Assembly (NCBI GenBank): GCA_965242525.1 | Contig: OZ251459.1 | Coordinates: 352,001-416,000 of the forward strand | Origin: an uncultured Candidatus Binatia bacterium | GTDB taxonomy: Bacteria; Desulfobacterota; Binatia; UBA9968; JAJDTQ01 | DNA: 64,000 nucleotides | Reading direction: 5' to 3' | Shown: positions 29,075 to 37,582 of the stretch, one piece after another | Layout of the letters: every line of letters starts with the position of its first letter | How positions within the stretch are numbered: the first letter of the stretch is position 1 | Made by a program: the position numbers and the translations under genes | Notes under the pieces: generated by a model | Database searches by the model: none | The model's input: the letters and a program-made list of their open reading frames with translations, nothing else | What the model was told of the DNA's origin: nothing

Positions 29075-29897
29075 GGCTCTCTTCGCCGGGGTCGTTGCCC
29101 CACGCCAGCATCAGGCCTTGCGCCGTCAGGCGCCGGACCAGGGCGTCGCGGGCGACGCCGTCGGGCGCCGCGGTCTCCCCCGGGGCCGCACCGCGCCCCG
29201 GGGTCTCGCCATCTCCCTCCGCGGCCGGCTCGGTCCGGGACCATTCCGCGGCCTCTTCCAGCAGTGCGAATGCCTCCGGCGGAAGCTCCATGACCGCGGG
29301 CCGGCGCCGCCCGCGGGAAGCCAGGACGGCCAGGCGGAGCGGCCGCGGACGGACCTCCTCCCGGGACCGGCCGGGCTCGAACAGGGGTCGGACGTCGTGG
29401 CCGCAGCGCACCAGCACGGCGCAGGGGTGGGTGCGGCGCCAGCCATGGGAGGAGGGGCTCGGGCGCTGCGCCATCGCTTCGCGCTCCATGGCCGCGGGAC
29501 GGAACGTCCGCGCCCGGGCCAGGGCCAGCTCCACGGCCGCCACGTCCGCGGCCCACGCCGGCGTGGGCGGCCGGCCGGCCCATCGTTCCAGGAAATGGTC
29601 GAAGAAGCGCTTGGCGTCCGGGTAGCGCTCGTAGGACCTCGGCGGGCACGCGGCCGCGAAGTCCCGCATGACCTCGGAGAAGCGGTGGCCCAGCAGGTTC
29701 GCGGTCCGCTCGAAGGTCTGGCGGAGCTTCTTGGTCCGCTTGCCGTAGGAGAACTCCGCCTCCAGCCGGAGGCGCCGGACGTCCATGCCGTCCAGGTCCG
29801 GGTCCAGGGCCGCGGACCCGAGGCCTTCCGTCCCGAAGATGAACGCTTGGCTCGTCAGGTGGCGCAGCAGGTTGGTCTGTCTGTCAATCAGCCGCAT
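29067..29897 (-). CDS. DUF2063-like MNIO partner protein (putative RiPP-recognition/chaperone)
   Basis: L...FERT..LLG..F......F motif and 'DVAAVELA'; overlaps the DUF692 stop. Confidence 0.65.
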   Translation of the reverse strand: MRLIDRQTNLLRHLTSQAFIFGTEGLGSAALDPDLDGMDVRRLRLEAEFSYGKRTKKLRQTFERTANLLGHRFSEVMRDFAAACPPRSYERYPDAKRFFDHFLERWAGRPPTPAWAADVAAVELALARARTFRPAAMEREAMAQRPSPSSHGWRRTHPCAVLVRCGHDVRPLFEPGRSREEVRPRPLRLAVLASRGRRRPAVMELPPEAFALLEEAAEWSRTEPAAEGDGETPGRGAAPGETAAPDGVARDALVRRLTAQGLMLAWGNDPGEESHG

Positions 29898-30759
29898 GGG
29901 TCCCGGTCCTTTCCCTCAGTGAGGCGGCCCGCGCCGCCTGTGCGCGCAGGCGCGCCACGTCCGCCAGGAGTTCGTCCCCCTGCTCGTAGCCGTTGTCCCG
30001 TTCGAGGACCACCGTCTGCGGGCGTTGCCGCAGGAGCGCGTGCTCCAGCAGGTCCAGGGCCTCTTCCGGCACCGGGTGGCTGTGGTCGTCCGCGTGGAAG
30101 GGCGCGTCGAGGTAGGGCCGGTGGACCAGGGGCCCGCCCGCGGCGTGGACGTCGGTCACCACGTCCTCGGGCAGCTCGTCCAGGAACGCGCGGGGGTCGA
30201 AGCCGTGGTTCCGGGAGTTGACGTGCAGGTTCTCCACGTCCAGCAACATGCCCACTCCGGTCTCCCGGAACAGCAGGTTGAAGAACTCGGCGTCGCTCAT
30301 CTCCCCGTCCGGGAAGTCGAACACGTAGGAGATGTTCTCGATGGAGAACGGCACCGGCAGTCGGGCCTGGACCTGCCGGATCTTGGGGACCAGCAGGTCC
30401 GCCGCGGCCCGGTTCCTGGGCACGGGCAGCAGGTTGGCGATGTCGATGCCCGGCACCTTGGTCCACGCCAGGTGCTCGCTGTAGGACGGTGTCCGGAGGT
30501 CCTCGACGGCCTGCGCCACCCCGTCCAGGTAATCCTCGTCCAGGGGCGCGTCGGTGCCGATGGAAAGGCCCACTCCGTGCAGCGCCAGCGGTATCCTGTC
30601 CACCAGGTTGCGGATGGCGCTGCGGGCGTATTCGCCGCCCTTGATGTAGTGGTCCACCGTCACCTCCAGCACGTCGAAGCGGTGCAGGTTGGCCAGGGTC
30701 CACCGGGCGATGGGAACCCGGAACCCGATGCCGATCAGGGGGGATGTGGATGTGTTCAT
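29884..30759 (-). CDS. DUF692 / multinuclear non-heme iron-dependent oxidative enzyme (MNIO)
   Basis: GIGFR, LHGVGLSIG, SEHLAW, NLLP.P, IENI, LLDVEN, NHGFDP, H.AG, DDHSHPV and LERD metal-ligand motifs. Confidence 0.92.
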   Translation of the reverse strand: MNTSTSPLIGIGFRVPIARWTLANLHRFDVLEVTVDHYIKGGEYARSAIRNLVDRIPLALHGVGLSIGTDAPLDEDYLDGVAQAVEDLRTPSYSEHLAWTKVPGIDIANLLPVPRNRAAADLLVPKIRQVQARLPVPFSIENISYVFDFPDGEMSDAEFFNLLFRETGVGMLLDVENLHVNSRNHGFDPRAFLDELPEDVVTDVHAAGGPLVHRPYLDAPFHADDHSHPVPEEALDLLEHALLRQRPQTVVLERDNGYEQGDELLADVARLRAQAARAASLRERTGTHAAD

Positions 30760-30944
30760 GCAGTCTCCCTGCGCCCCGCGCGGGCGGAAGCTCCCGGACC
30801 ATCCGGGCGCCCGCGCCGGGCTTGCGCGCTCGCCGCCCCGGCCTCTCCGGGGCGCGTTGGCCCGCCCCGTCGTTCCCGCGAAAGCGGGAATCCCGCGGCG
30901 TTGGCTTCTACAGGGATATGATCGGACGGTTGGCCCGGAACTTT

Positions 30945-31056
30945 AGGAACCTCTGGACAATTCCGAAGCGAGGCGCCTCTCCCTATGGGAAAGCGCGTCC
31001 TTCGACTCCGCTTCGCTACGCTCAGGACGAACGGAGGCAATCGTTCAGAGTTTCCT
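30945..31056. mobile_element. MITE-like element
   Basis: Imperfect TIRs AGGAACCTCTGGACAA / TCGTTCAGAGTTTCCT around the palindromic repeat core. Confidence 0.7.
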
Positions 31057-31058
31057 TC

Positions 31059-31193
31059 AGGAACCTCTGGACAATCGAGACATCCGGGATGGATTCCCTC
31101 GCCCTGACCGCCCTGTCCCCGTTCGTCCTGAGCGTAGCGAAGCGGAGTCGAAGGACGGGACCTTGCCTCTGTCCCGGTTGTTCGGATGTTCCT
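31059..31193. mobile_element. MITE-like element (tandem with the previous copy)
   Basis: AGGAACCTCTGGACAATCGAGACA ... TGTCCCGGTTGTTCGGATGTTCCT; core at about 31119-31157. Confidence 0.7.
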
Positions 31194-31308
31194 TTGGCGT
31201 TCCCCGGCGATCCGTGCGCGGGAGGCGCGCACGGGACCGGGAGGGAAGGGGCGTCGGGGAGTCAGCCGCACCCTCTCCGGAAGGGGAGGGCGGGGCGGGG
31301 GATGCGGC

Positions 31309-32318
31309 TCAGCCCAGGTCCATGCCCACGACCCGTGCGGGGTTCCGGGTGCAGACGGTGTAGAGTTCGTCCCCGGTCAGGCCGAAGGCTTCCATGTAGC
31401 CCCGGATGAGGCGCATGGCTTCCACGGAGTCCGGGAACAGCGGCTCGCCGGCGTCGCTCGAAAGCGTGAAGTGCTCGACCCCCACCTCGCGGATGGTGTC
31501 GTACATGATCCGAGGGTCCACGCCCAGGAGCGGCGACAGCTCGTCGAAGGTGAAGTTGAACAGGACGTGGGCCTTGGAGAGCTCCTTCATCTGCGCCGGG
31601 GAGACGTCGAGGAAGGGACTGTAGGGATGGTCCACCACCAGCCGGCGGAGGCCGATGCGGTCCGCTTCCTCGGCGACCTTGAAGATCTCGTCGTGGGTCG
31701 GATGGCCGAAGAACAGCGCCGCGCCGCGCTCGGCGCACAGGCGGATGATGTCCCGCACCTCGGGTTTCAGTTCGCCGGACTCGTCGAGGTTGTAGTGCCC
31801 GTGCCGCAGGGCCTCTTCCCAGGAGAGGGGCCCCGTCCAGCCCTTGGCGTCCATGTCGCGCTCGATGAGCGCCCGGTGGCTTCCCACCTTGTGCATCGTG
31901 TTGGCATGGTTGAAGACCGGAAGCCACACGGCCACCACGCCTTCGTCGATGGCCTGCTCGGCCAGCGCGGCCGATACCGGCTCCTGCTGCCGGCCGCAGA
32001 CGAAGCCGCCGAAGCACCGCACCGGGGCAACGCCTTCCTCCCCGGCCCAGGCGTCGAGCCGCCCTTGCAGTTCACGACCGCCTGTCCGGCGTTCCCGACG
32101 ATGGACTTGAACAGTATGCCTTTCATCTCCGCCCGGGACGCCTTCTTCACCAGGTCCAGGGCGTCCTGCTGGCCCGCGTGGGCGTGGCAGTGGATGTCGA
32201 TGGCGTCCCTGACCTTGACATGGCCGGGATGGACCACTCCGGGCTTGTACTGGGTGCGCGCCGCATAGGAGGTGACGCACCGTTCCCGGGTCGGCGTCGA
32301 GACCGCGTGATCGCTCAT
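31309..32318 (-). pseudogene. DUF6282-like amidohydrolase-fold protein with a frameshift near 32077 (pseudogene or sequencing error)
   Basis: AAGGAGG plus ATG at 32318; N-terminus DAIDIHCHA...GILFKS in one frame; VWLP, FGH, VDHP, LSSDAG and NPA in another frame. Confidence 0.7.
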
Positions 32319-32442
32319 GGTTCGCCTCCTTTTGCTCCATCCGGCGCGCGTCCGCTCCCGTCCGCTCCGCGCATGGGCGGGAAGGGCGCGCACTCCGGGA
32401 GCTACGCTTCATGTTAGACCCTCGGAACGCGAAACGAAAGAG

Positions 32443-32573
32443 GGAACTTCTGATCAATCAGGGCAGGGGGCATGAGCGCGTCCTTCGACTTCGCTTCGCT
32501 ACGCTCAGGACGAACGGAGATAGGGTCAGGGTGAGGGAATCCATCCTGGATGTCTCGATTGTTCAGAGGTTCC
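32443..32573. mobile_element. MITE-like element (inverted relative to 31059-31193)
   Basis: GGAACTTCTGATCAA ... TTGTTCAGAGGTTCC with the repeat core. Confidence 0.7.
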
Positions 32574-32638
32574 AGAGGAAGGATCGTCCAATGCAGGATG
32601 CCGGTTCGGACTCCCGGGCAGGGCCGCGGGCGCCGCGG

Positions 32639-33955
32639 CTACCGCATGAGTCCCGGCAGCCAGACGGCGATGGGCGGGAACAGCATCACCAGGGTGAGGG
32701 CGGCGATGTTGATGAGCACGAAGGGGATGACGCCCCGGTAGATGGCCCCCAGGGTCACGTCCGGGGGCGCGACCCCCTTGAGCACGAATAGGTTCATGCC
32801 GAAGGGCGGGGTGATGAGCGAGAGCTCGATGTTCACCATGGTGACGATGGCGAACCACAGGGGATCCAGGCCCAGGGAACGGATCACCGGAAAGAAGATC
32901 GGCACGGTGATGAGCATGATGGAGATGGGTTCCATGAAGGATCCCATGATGAGGATCACCACCTGCATGGCGGCGATGATGAACCAGGGGGACACGGGCA
33001 GTTCGGTGGCGAAGAGGGAGAGGCCCATGGCCGCGCCGGAGTGGGCCAGGATCTGGCTGAACGCGGTGGCGCTGGTGACGATCAGCAGGGCGAACCCGGA
33101 GACTTCCACCGTGCCCAGCAGGGACTTCCGAAGGATCTCCCAGGACAGGCGCCGGTAGGCCAGGCCCAGGCCGAAGGCTCCGGCCACGCCCATGGCGGCC
33201 GACTCGCTGGGGGTCGCCACGCCGAAGAAGATGGACCCCAGCACCACCAGCACCAGCACCACCAACGGAAGGAAGTACTTGAGCGCGGCCATGCGCTCGC
33301 CCCAGGAGGGCCGTTCCAGTTCGATGGCCGGGGCCAGTTGCGGCCGGAGGGTGCAGGCGACGACGATGTAGCCGAACAGCAGCGTGGCGAGCAGCAGGCC
33401 GGGCAGGATCCCCCCGATCAACAGGTCCCCCACCGAGAGTTGGCTGATGCCGCCGAAGATCACCATCAGGGCGCTCGGCGGGATGAGCACGGCGAGGGCG
33501 CCGGAGGTGGCAAGGGTGCCCACGGCGAGTCCGGTGTCGTAGCCCTGCTTGCGCATCTCCGGGATCAGTATGGTCCCCAGGGTCGCGGAACTGGCCATGC
33601 TGGAGCCGCTGCCCGCGCCGAAGGCGGTGCCCGCCAGCACCGCCAGCACCGCCAGCCTGCCGGGAACGGCGCCCAGCCACTTGCCGATGGAGGTGATGGC
33701 GAGGGCGGCGAGCCCCGAGTGGAGCACCAGTTCGCCCATGAGGATGAACAGGGGCAGGGCGATGAACGCGAAGGTGCCGATGCTGGTGAAGCTGCTGAGG
33801 GCCACCGCCTGGACCGCGCCCGGGCCCACCAGCACGTAGAGGAACCCCAGGTTCAGCACGCCGAACGCGAACGCGATCGGGATGCCCGACGCCATCAGGA
33901 GCATGAGGGCGCCGAACATGACGACCAGGACGATCCACCACTCGAGGAGAATCAG
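32639..33955 (-). CDS. dctM: TRAP transporter large permease (probable CTG start, CTGA overlap; first ATG at 33919)
   Basis: ALPLFILMGE, SGSSMA, LIPPS, ATPSES and ITPPFGMNLFV motifs. Confidence 0.9.
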   Translation of the reverse strand: MILLEWWIVLVVMFGALMLLMASGIPIAFAFGVLNLGFLYVLVGPGAVQAVALSSFTSIGTFAFIALPLFILMGELVLHSGLAALAITSIGKWLGAVPGRLAVLAVLAGTAFGAGSGSSMASSATLGTILIPEMRKQGYDTGLAVGTLATSGALAVLIPPSALMVIFGGISQLSVGDLLIGGILPGLLLATLLFGYIVVACTLRPQLAPAIELERPSWGERMAALKYFLPLVVLVLVVLGSIFFGVATPSESAAMGVAGAFGLGLAYRRLSWEILRKSLLGTVEVSGFALLIVTSATAFSQILAHSGAAMGLSLFATELPVSPWFIIAAMQVVILIMGSFMEPISIMLITVPIFFPVIRSLGLDPLWFAIVTMVNIELSLITPPFGMNLFVLKGVAPPDVTLGAIYRGVIPFVLINIAALTLVMLFPPIAVWLPGLMR

Positions 33956-34467
33956 CCGCCTCCCTTCCCGGGAGCCGCCTCGGTGTCCGCGCGCTGCGCC
34001 GCAAGGATTCGGAACACGAAGGCGAGGCCGAGCCACGCGGCCCCCAGGGGGATGATCACCAGCACCGGGAACTTGGGCAGGTTGAGCGCGGTGGAGAACC
34101 GGTAGCCGTTCTCGAACGCGTGCCACGCCACCACCCAGGACTGCCACGCGAGGACCACGCAGTAGAGGAGCCCCATGACGTCGGTGGCGACGCGCAGCCT
34201 GCGCTGCGGCGCTGGCTTGAGCCGCGAGGTCACGATCTCCACCTTCACGTGGTGGTCGTTCATGAGGATCCACGCGGCCGGGACGAAGGTCAGATAGACC
34301 AGCAGGTACTCGTTTATGTCGATGACCCAGATGGTGGGCGCGCGGAAGAGCAGGCGGGCGAACACGTCGTAGAGGACGGTCACCGCCATGACCACCACGA
34401 ACGCGGCGGAGAAGTAGCCGAGTACGCGGTTGGTCCGGTCGAAGGCCCGGTTCAGCGAATCCAGCAT
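33952..34467 (-). CDS. dctQ: TRAP transporter small permease
   Basis: Four TM helices; DVFAR..F.APTIW and HVKVEI motifs. Confidence 0.9.
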   Translation of the reverse strand: MLDSLNRAFDRTNRVLGYFSAAFVVVMAVTVLYDVFARLLFRAPTIWVIDINEYLLVYLTFVPAAWILMNDHHVKVEIVTSRLKPAPQRRLRVATDVMGLLYCVVLAWQSWVVAWHAFENGYRFSTALNLPKFPVLVIIPLGAAWLGLAFVFRILAAQRADTEAAPGKGGG

Positions 34468-34536
34468 GGGGCGGGCCGCGGGCGGCGGCCGCCGGGCTGG
34501 GGCGACCGCGGCCGCGTCGGGTCCGGTGGCCCCGGA

Positions 34537-35553
34537 TCAGTTGTAGGGCGCCAGGGCCTTCCGGATCTGCGGGCCGTACTCGGGGGATTGCCTGAGCAGC
34601 TCGGGCCAGTAGGCGTTGCGGGCCTCGGCCAGCCGCTTCCTGGCGGCGTCGTCCACCTCGACCACCTTCATGCCGTTCTTACGGAGCCTCTCGATGGCCG
34701 CCTGGTCGTTGGTACGGAAGTAGCCGAGTATCGTGGGCTCCAGTTCTTCGATGGTCCCCGCCAGCACCTTCCTTGCGGCCTCCGGCAGCTTGTCCCACAC
34801 CCGCGTGGGCATATAGACGCCGCCCGGGGCGAACTGGATGGGCGTGGCGATCATGGCCTTGTAAACCTTGTGCTCGCCGAAACTCCATGCGTCGTTGGGC
34901 GCTCGGTAGGCGCCGTCCACCACGCCGCGCTGCAACGCCGTGTAGAGTTCGTTGGCCGGGAGGGTCTGGGGCGAGCCTCCGAGAGACTGGATGGCGGCGG
35001 CGTCCTGGGCGCCCGAGGCCCGGATCCGCTTGCCCTTGAGACCGTCGAGGTCCTCGATGGGCGTGGCCATGAGGAAGCGGAAGCCGGTGCCGGCCACGGT
35101 GATGCCCAGGAAGCGCATGGCGGATTTCTCCGCGTACGCCTTGTTGATGATCTCCAGGGCGCCGCTCTTGCGCAGGGCCTCCAGGTATTTCTCCAGGCTG
35201 TCGGGCGGGATCAGGCTCATGGCCGCGGCTTCCACGGTCTCGCCCACGTAGTAGGCGGGCGCGGAGTTGGTCATGTCGGCGATGCCGGTGCGCAGGGCCT
35301 GGAACTGCTCGAACGCGGAGGCCACCTCGTTCCCGCCCAGGAGGCGGATCTGCACCACGCCCTTGCCCCGTTCGTTCACTTCCTCGATGTAGTTCTTGTA
35401 CCAGGTGTTGCCGTCGATGCTCAGCGGCCATGCGGCGATGGCGCGGATCACCACCGGCGCGGCGTCGGCCGGAGCGGGGGCGGTCAGGCTCCCTCCGGCT
35501 ACGGAAAGCAGCAGGGCGAGCAGGGCGGCCTTCAGGCAGGGCTTCCTACGCAT
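34537..35553 (-). CDS. dctP: TRAP transporter solute-binding protein
   Basis: Signal peptide; DGLKGKRIR, LGGSP and ELYTALQRGVVDG motifs. Confidence 0.9.
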   Translation of the reverse strand: MRRKPCLKAALLALLLSVAGGSLTAPAPADAAPVVIRAIAAWPLSIDGNTWYKNYIEEVNERGKGVVQIRLLGGNEVASAFEQFQALRTGIADMTNSAPAYYVGETVEAAAMSLIPPDSLEKYLEALRKSGALEIINKAYAEKSAMRFLGITVAGTGFRFLMATPIEDLDGLKGKRIRASGAQDAAAIQSLGGSPQTLPANELYTALQRGVVDGAYRAPNDAWSFGEHKVYKAMIATPIQFAPGGVYMPTRVWDKLPEAARKVLAGTIEELEPTILGYFRTNDQAAIERLRKNGMKVVEVDDAARKRLAEARNAYWPELLRQSPEYGPQIRKALAPYN

Positions 35554-35643
35554 GTCGTACCTCCGGTTGTCCTGTGGGGGAGAGCTTTCCCCGGAAACGG
35601 TTCGATCCTCTTGGGGAACCTCCGAAATGGGTCCCCGGGCCGG

Positions 35644-36144
35644 TCATACCGGCTTGTAGGGATAGCGTTTCACCTTCTCCATGTTCCTGCCCTCGATCCG
35701 GATGAGCTTGGTGGCGTCCGCGCGGTACGGGGAGTGCAGGTCGCCCTCGTTGTACAGGTGCGCCATGCCGGGCTTCAGCGTATAGGTGCGCAGCTTGCGC
35801 GCCTTGCCGGGGTTCCCCTCGGACGCGGGTTCGACTTTCTCCCAGTCGGTCATCTCGGTCTCGCCCGAAGCCTGGCCGTAGATGGCCCAGGCCGGACCGT
35901 GGTCGTGGGGCATGCTTCCCTTGGCCCCCTTGTGGTGGTGGGCCAGGATGCAGAACCCCAGGTCGGGGTCCTCGTAGATCACCTTGCGCTCGGGCTGGTC
36001 CTCCTCGATATGCCGGGCGAGGAACGCTTGGTCCCCGAGGACATCCTCCACCAGCGCGCATACCTTCCGGCGTCCTTCCGGGCCGGGATCGGCCTGGAGG
36101 ACGCGACGACAGTCCGCGGCGAACTGCTCCAGGGTGTGGCTCAT
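35644..36144 (-). CDS. Cupin / cysteine-dioxygenase-like metal-binding protein
   Basis: PHDHGPAWAIYGQ and GDLHS motifs; AAGGAG RBS before the ATG at 36144. Confidence 0.75.
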   Translation of the reverse strand: MSHTLEQFAADCRRVLQADPGPEGRRKVCALVEDVLGDQAFLARHIEEDQPERKVIYEDPDLGFCILAHHHKGAKGSMPHDHGPAWAIYGQASGETEMTDWEKVEPASEGNPGKARKLRTYTLKPGMAHLYNEGDLHSPYRADATKLIRIEGRNMEKVKRYPYKPV

Positions 36145-36207
36145 GGTGCGACTCCTTCGACAGGATTCCGGGGCCGTCAACGACCCGGCGGCCCGCGGGT
36201 TGGAACC

Positions 36208-36237
36208 CTTGTACGCCTTCCCCGGCGACGGTGTCAA
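36208..36237 (-). promoter_or_regulatory. Putative sigma70 promoter for the cupin-TRAP genes
   Basis: TTGACA-N18-TACAAG. Confidence 0.4.
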
Positions 36238-36349
36238 CCCGGTCGGGAAGACGCCGGAGGCGGGTGGAAGGGGAGGCGCGCGCCCGCGAGCGACGGGCTC
36301 GTATAGTGCTTCGCCGTGCGCTGTGCTATTCATCGGACCAGGGCCATGA

Positions 36350-36548
36350 AGGAACCTCTGGACGATCGAGACATCCGGGATGGATGCCCTCACTCCGACC
36401 TCCCATCCCCGTTCGTCCCGAGCGTAGCGAAGCGGTGACCTTCGTTCATCCCGAGCGTAGCGAAGCGGAGACCTTCGTTCATCCTGAGCGTAGCGAAGCG
36501 GAGTCGAAGGACGCGATCATGCCCCTGTCCCGGTTGTCCAGAGGTTCC
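36350..36548. mobile_element. MITE-like element with an internally triplicated core
   Basis: Perfect 13-bp TIR GGAACCTCTGGAC / GTCCAGAGGTTCC; three tandem CGTTC(G/A)TCC(C/T)GAGCGTAGCGAAGCGG units. Confidence 0.8.
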
Positions 36549-36561
36549 GGAAGATACTCCC

Positions 36562-37494
36562 ATGAAGATACTCATCACCGGCGGCGCGGGCTTCATCGGC
36601 TCCCATGTGGCGGACCACTGCCTCGCCGCGGGCCACGACGTGGTGGTGGCGGACAACCTGTCCAGCGGGAGCGCCGAACACGTTCCCGGCGACGCGAGGC
36701 TCCATCGGATGGACATATCCGCGCCCGAGTTCGCCCTGCTCGTGGAAAGGGAGCGCCCGGACGTGGTGAACCACCACGCGGCCCAGGTCAGCGTCGCGGT
36801 CTCGGCGCGGGACCCGGGGCTGGACGCCCGCACCAACTGCGTGGGACTCCTCAACGTGCTCGAGAGCTGTGTGAAGCACGGCGTCCGGCGCTTCGTCATG
36901 GTCTCCAGCGGCGGGGCGGTCTATGGCGACGTCCGCCAGCGCCCGACCTCCGAGGACGTGGTCCCGCAGCCGCTGTCGCCGTACGCCATCCACAAACTCA
37001 CCGGGGAGCGCTACCTGGAGTTCTACCGGCGGGAATACGGGCTCTCGTCCGTCACCCTGCGCTACGGCAATGTGTATGGACCGCGGCAGGACCCGCACGG
37101 GGAAGCCGGCGTGGTGGCCATATTCGTGGGGAAGCTGCTGCGCGGGGAGCAGCCGACGGTGTTCGCCTACCCCGACCAGCCCGCGGGCATGAGCCGCGAC
37201 TACGTGTACGTGGAGGACGTGGCCCGGGCCAACGTGCGCGCCGTCGAGACCGGCGCGGCGGGGGCCTTCAACATCGCCGGGGGCGCGCCCGTGCGCACCG
37301 GAGAGCTGCTGCGCGCGGTGCAGGCCGCGTGCGGCACGAACCTGGCCGCGGCCACGGGCCCGGCCCGGCCCGGCGACCTCCGGGAGAGCTGGCTGGACGT
37401 GTCGCGTGCGGAGCGCGTCCTCGGCTGGCGCCCCGAGGTCTCGTTGACCGACGGGCTCGCGCGCACGGTGGCGTACTTCCGCGGACGCGCGTGA
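36562..37494 (+). CDS. NAD-dependent epimerase/dehydratase (UDP-glucose 4-epimerase-like)
   Basis: TGGAGFIGSH, HHAAQ, YxxxK (YAIHK), RYGNVYGPRQDPHGEAGVV and RDYVYV motifs. Confidence 0.9.
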   Translation: MKILITGGAGFIGSHVADHCLAAGHDVVVADNLSSGSAEHVPGDARLHRMDISAPEFALLVERERPDVVNHHAAQVSVAVSARDPGLDARTNCVGLLNVLESCVKHGVRRFVMVSSGGAVYGDVRQRPTSEDVVPQPLSPYAIHKLTGERYLEFYRREYGLSSVTLRYGNVYGPRQDPHGEAGVVAIFVGKLLRGEQPTVFAYPDQPAGMSRDYVYVEDVARANVRAVETGAAGAFNIAGGAPVRTGELLRAVQAACGTNLAAATGPARPGDLRESWLDVSRAERVLGWRPEVSLTDGLARTVAYFRGRA

Positions 37495-37582
37495 AGGACG
37501 CGCCGGCAGGATATTTCGATCGTTTTTCGATCGTTCGATTGCAAGGCGCTTCGATCGGAAGCGCCGCCACGGGACCCATGCC

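Noticed and set aside
30756-31271. 171-aa ORF upstream of the MNIO as a possible precursor (contains CLDC)
   Set aside because: It is a translation of MITE and palindromic repeats found elsewhere in the window, with no clear RBS.
36405-36515. Three tandem repeats resembling a mini CRISPR array
   Set aside because: No unique spacers and no cas genes; they are duplicated cores inside a TIR-bounded MITE.
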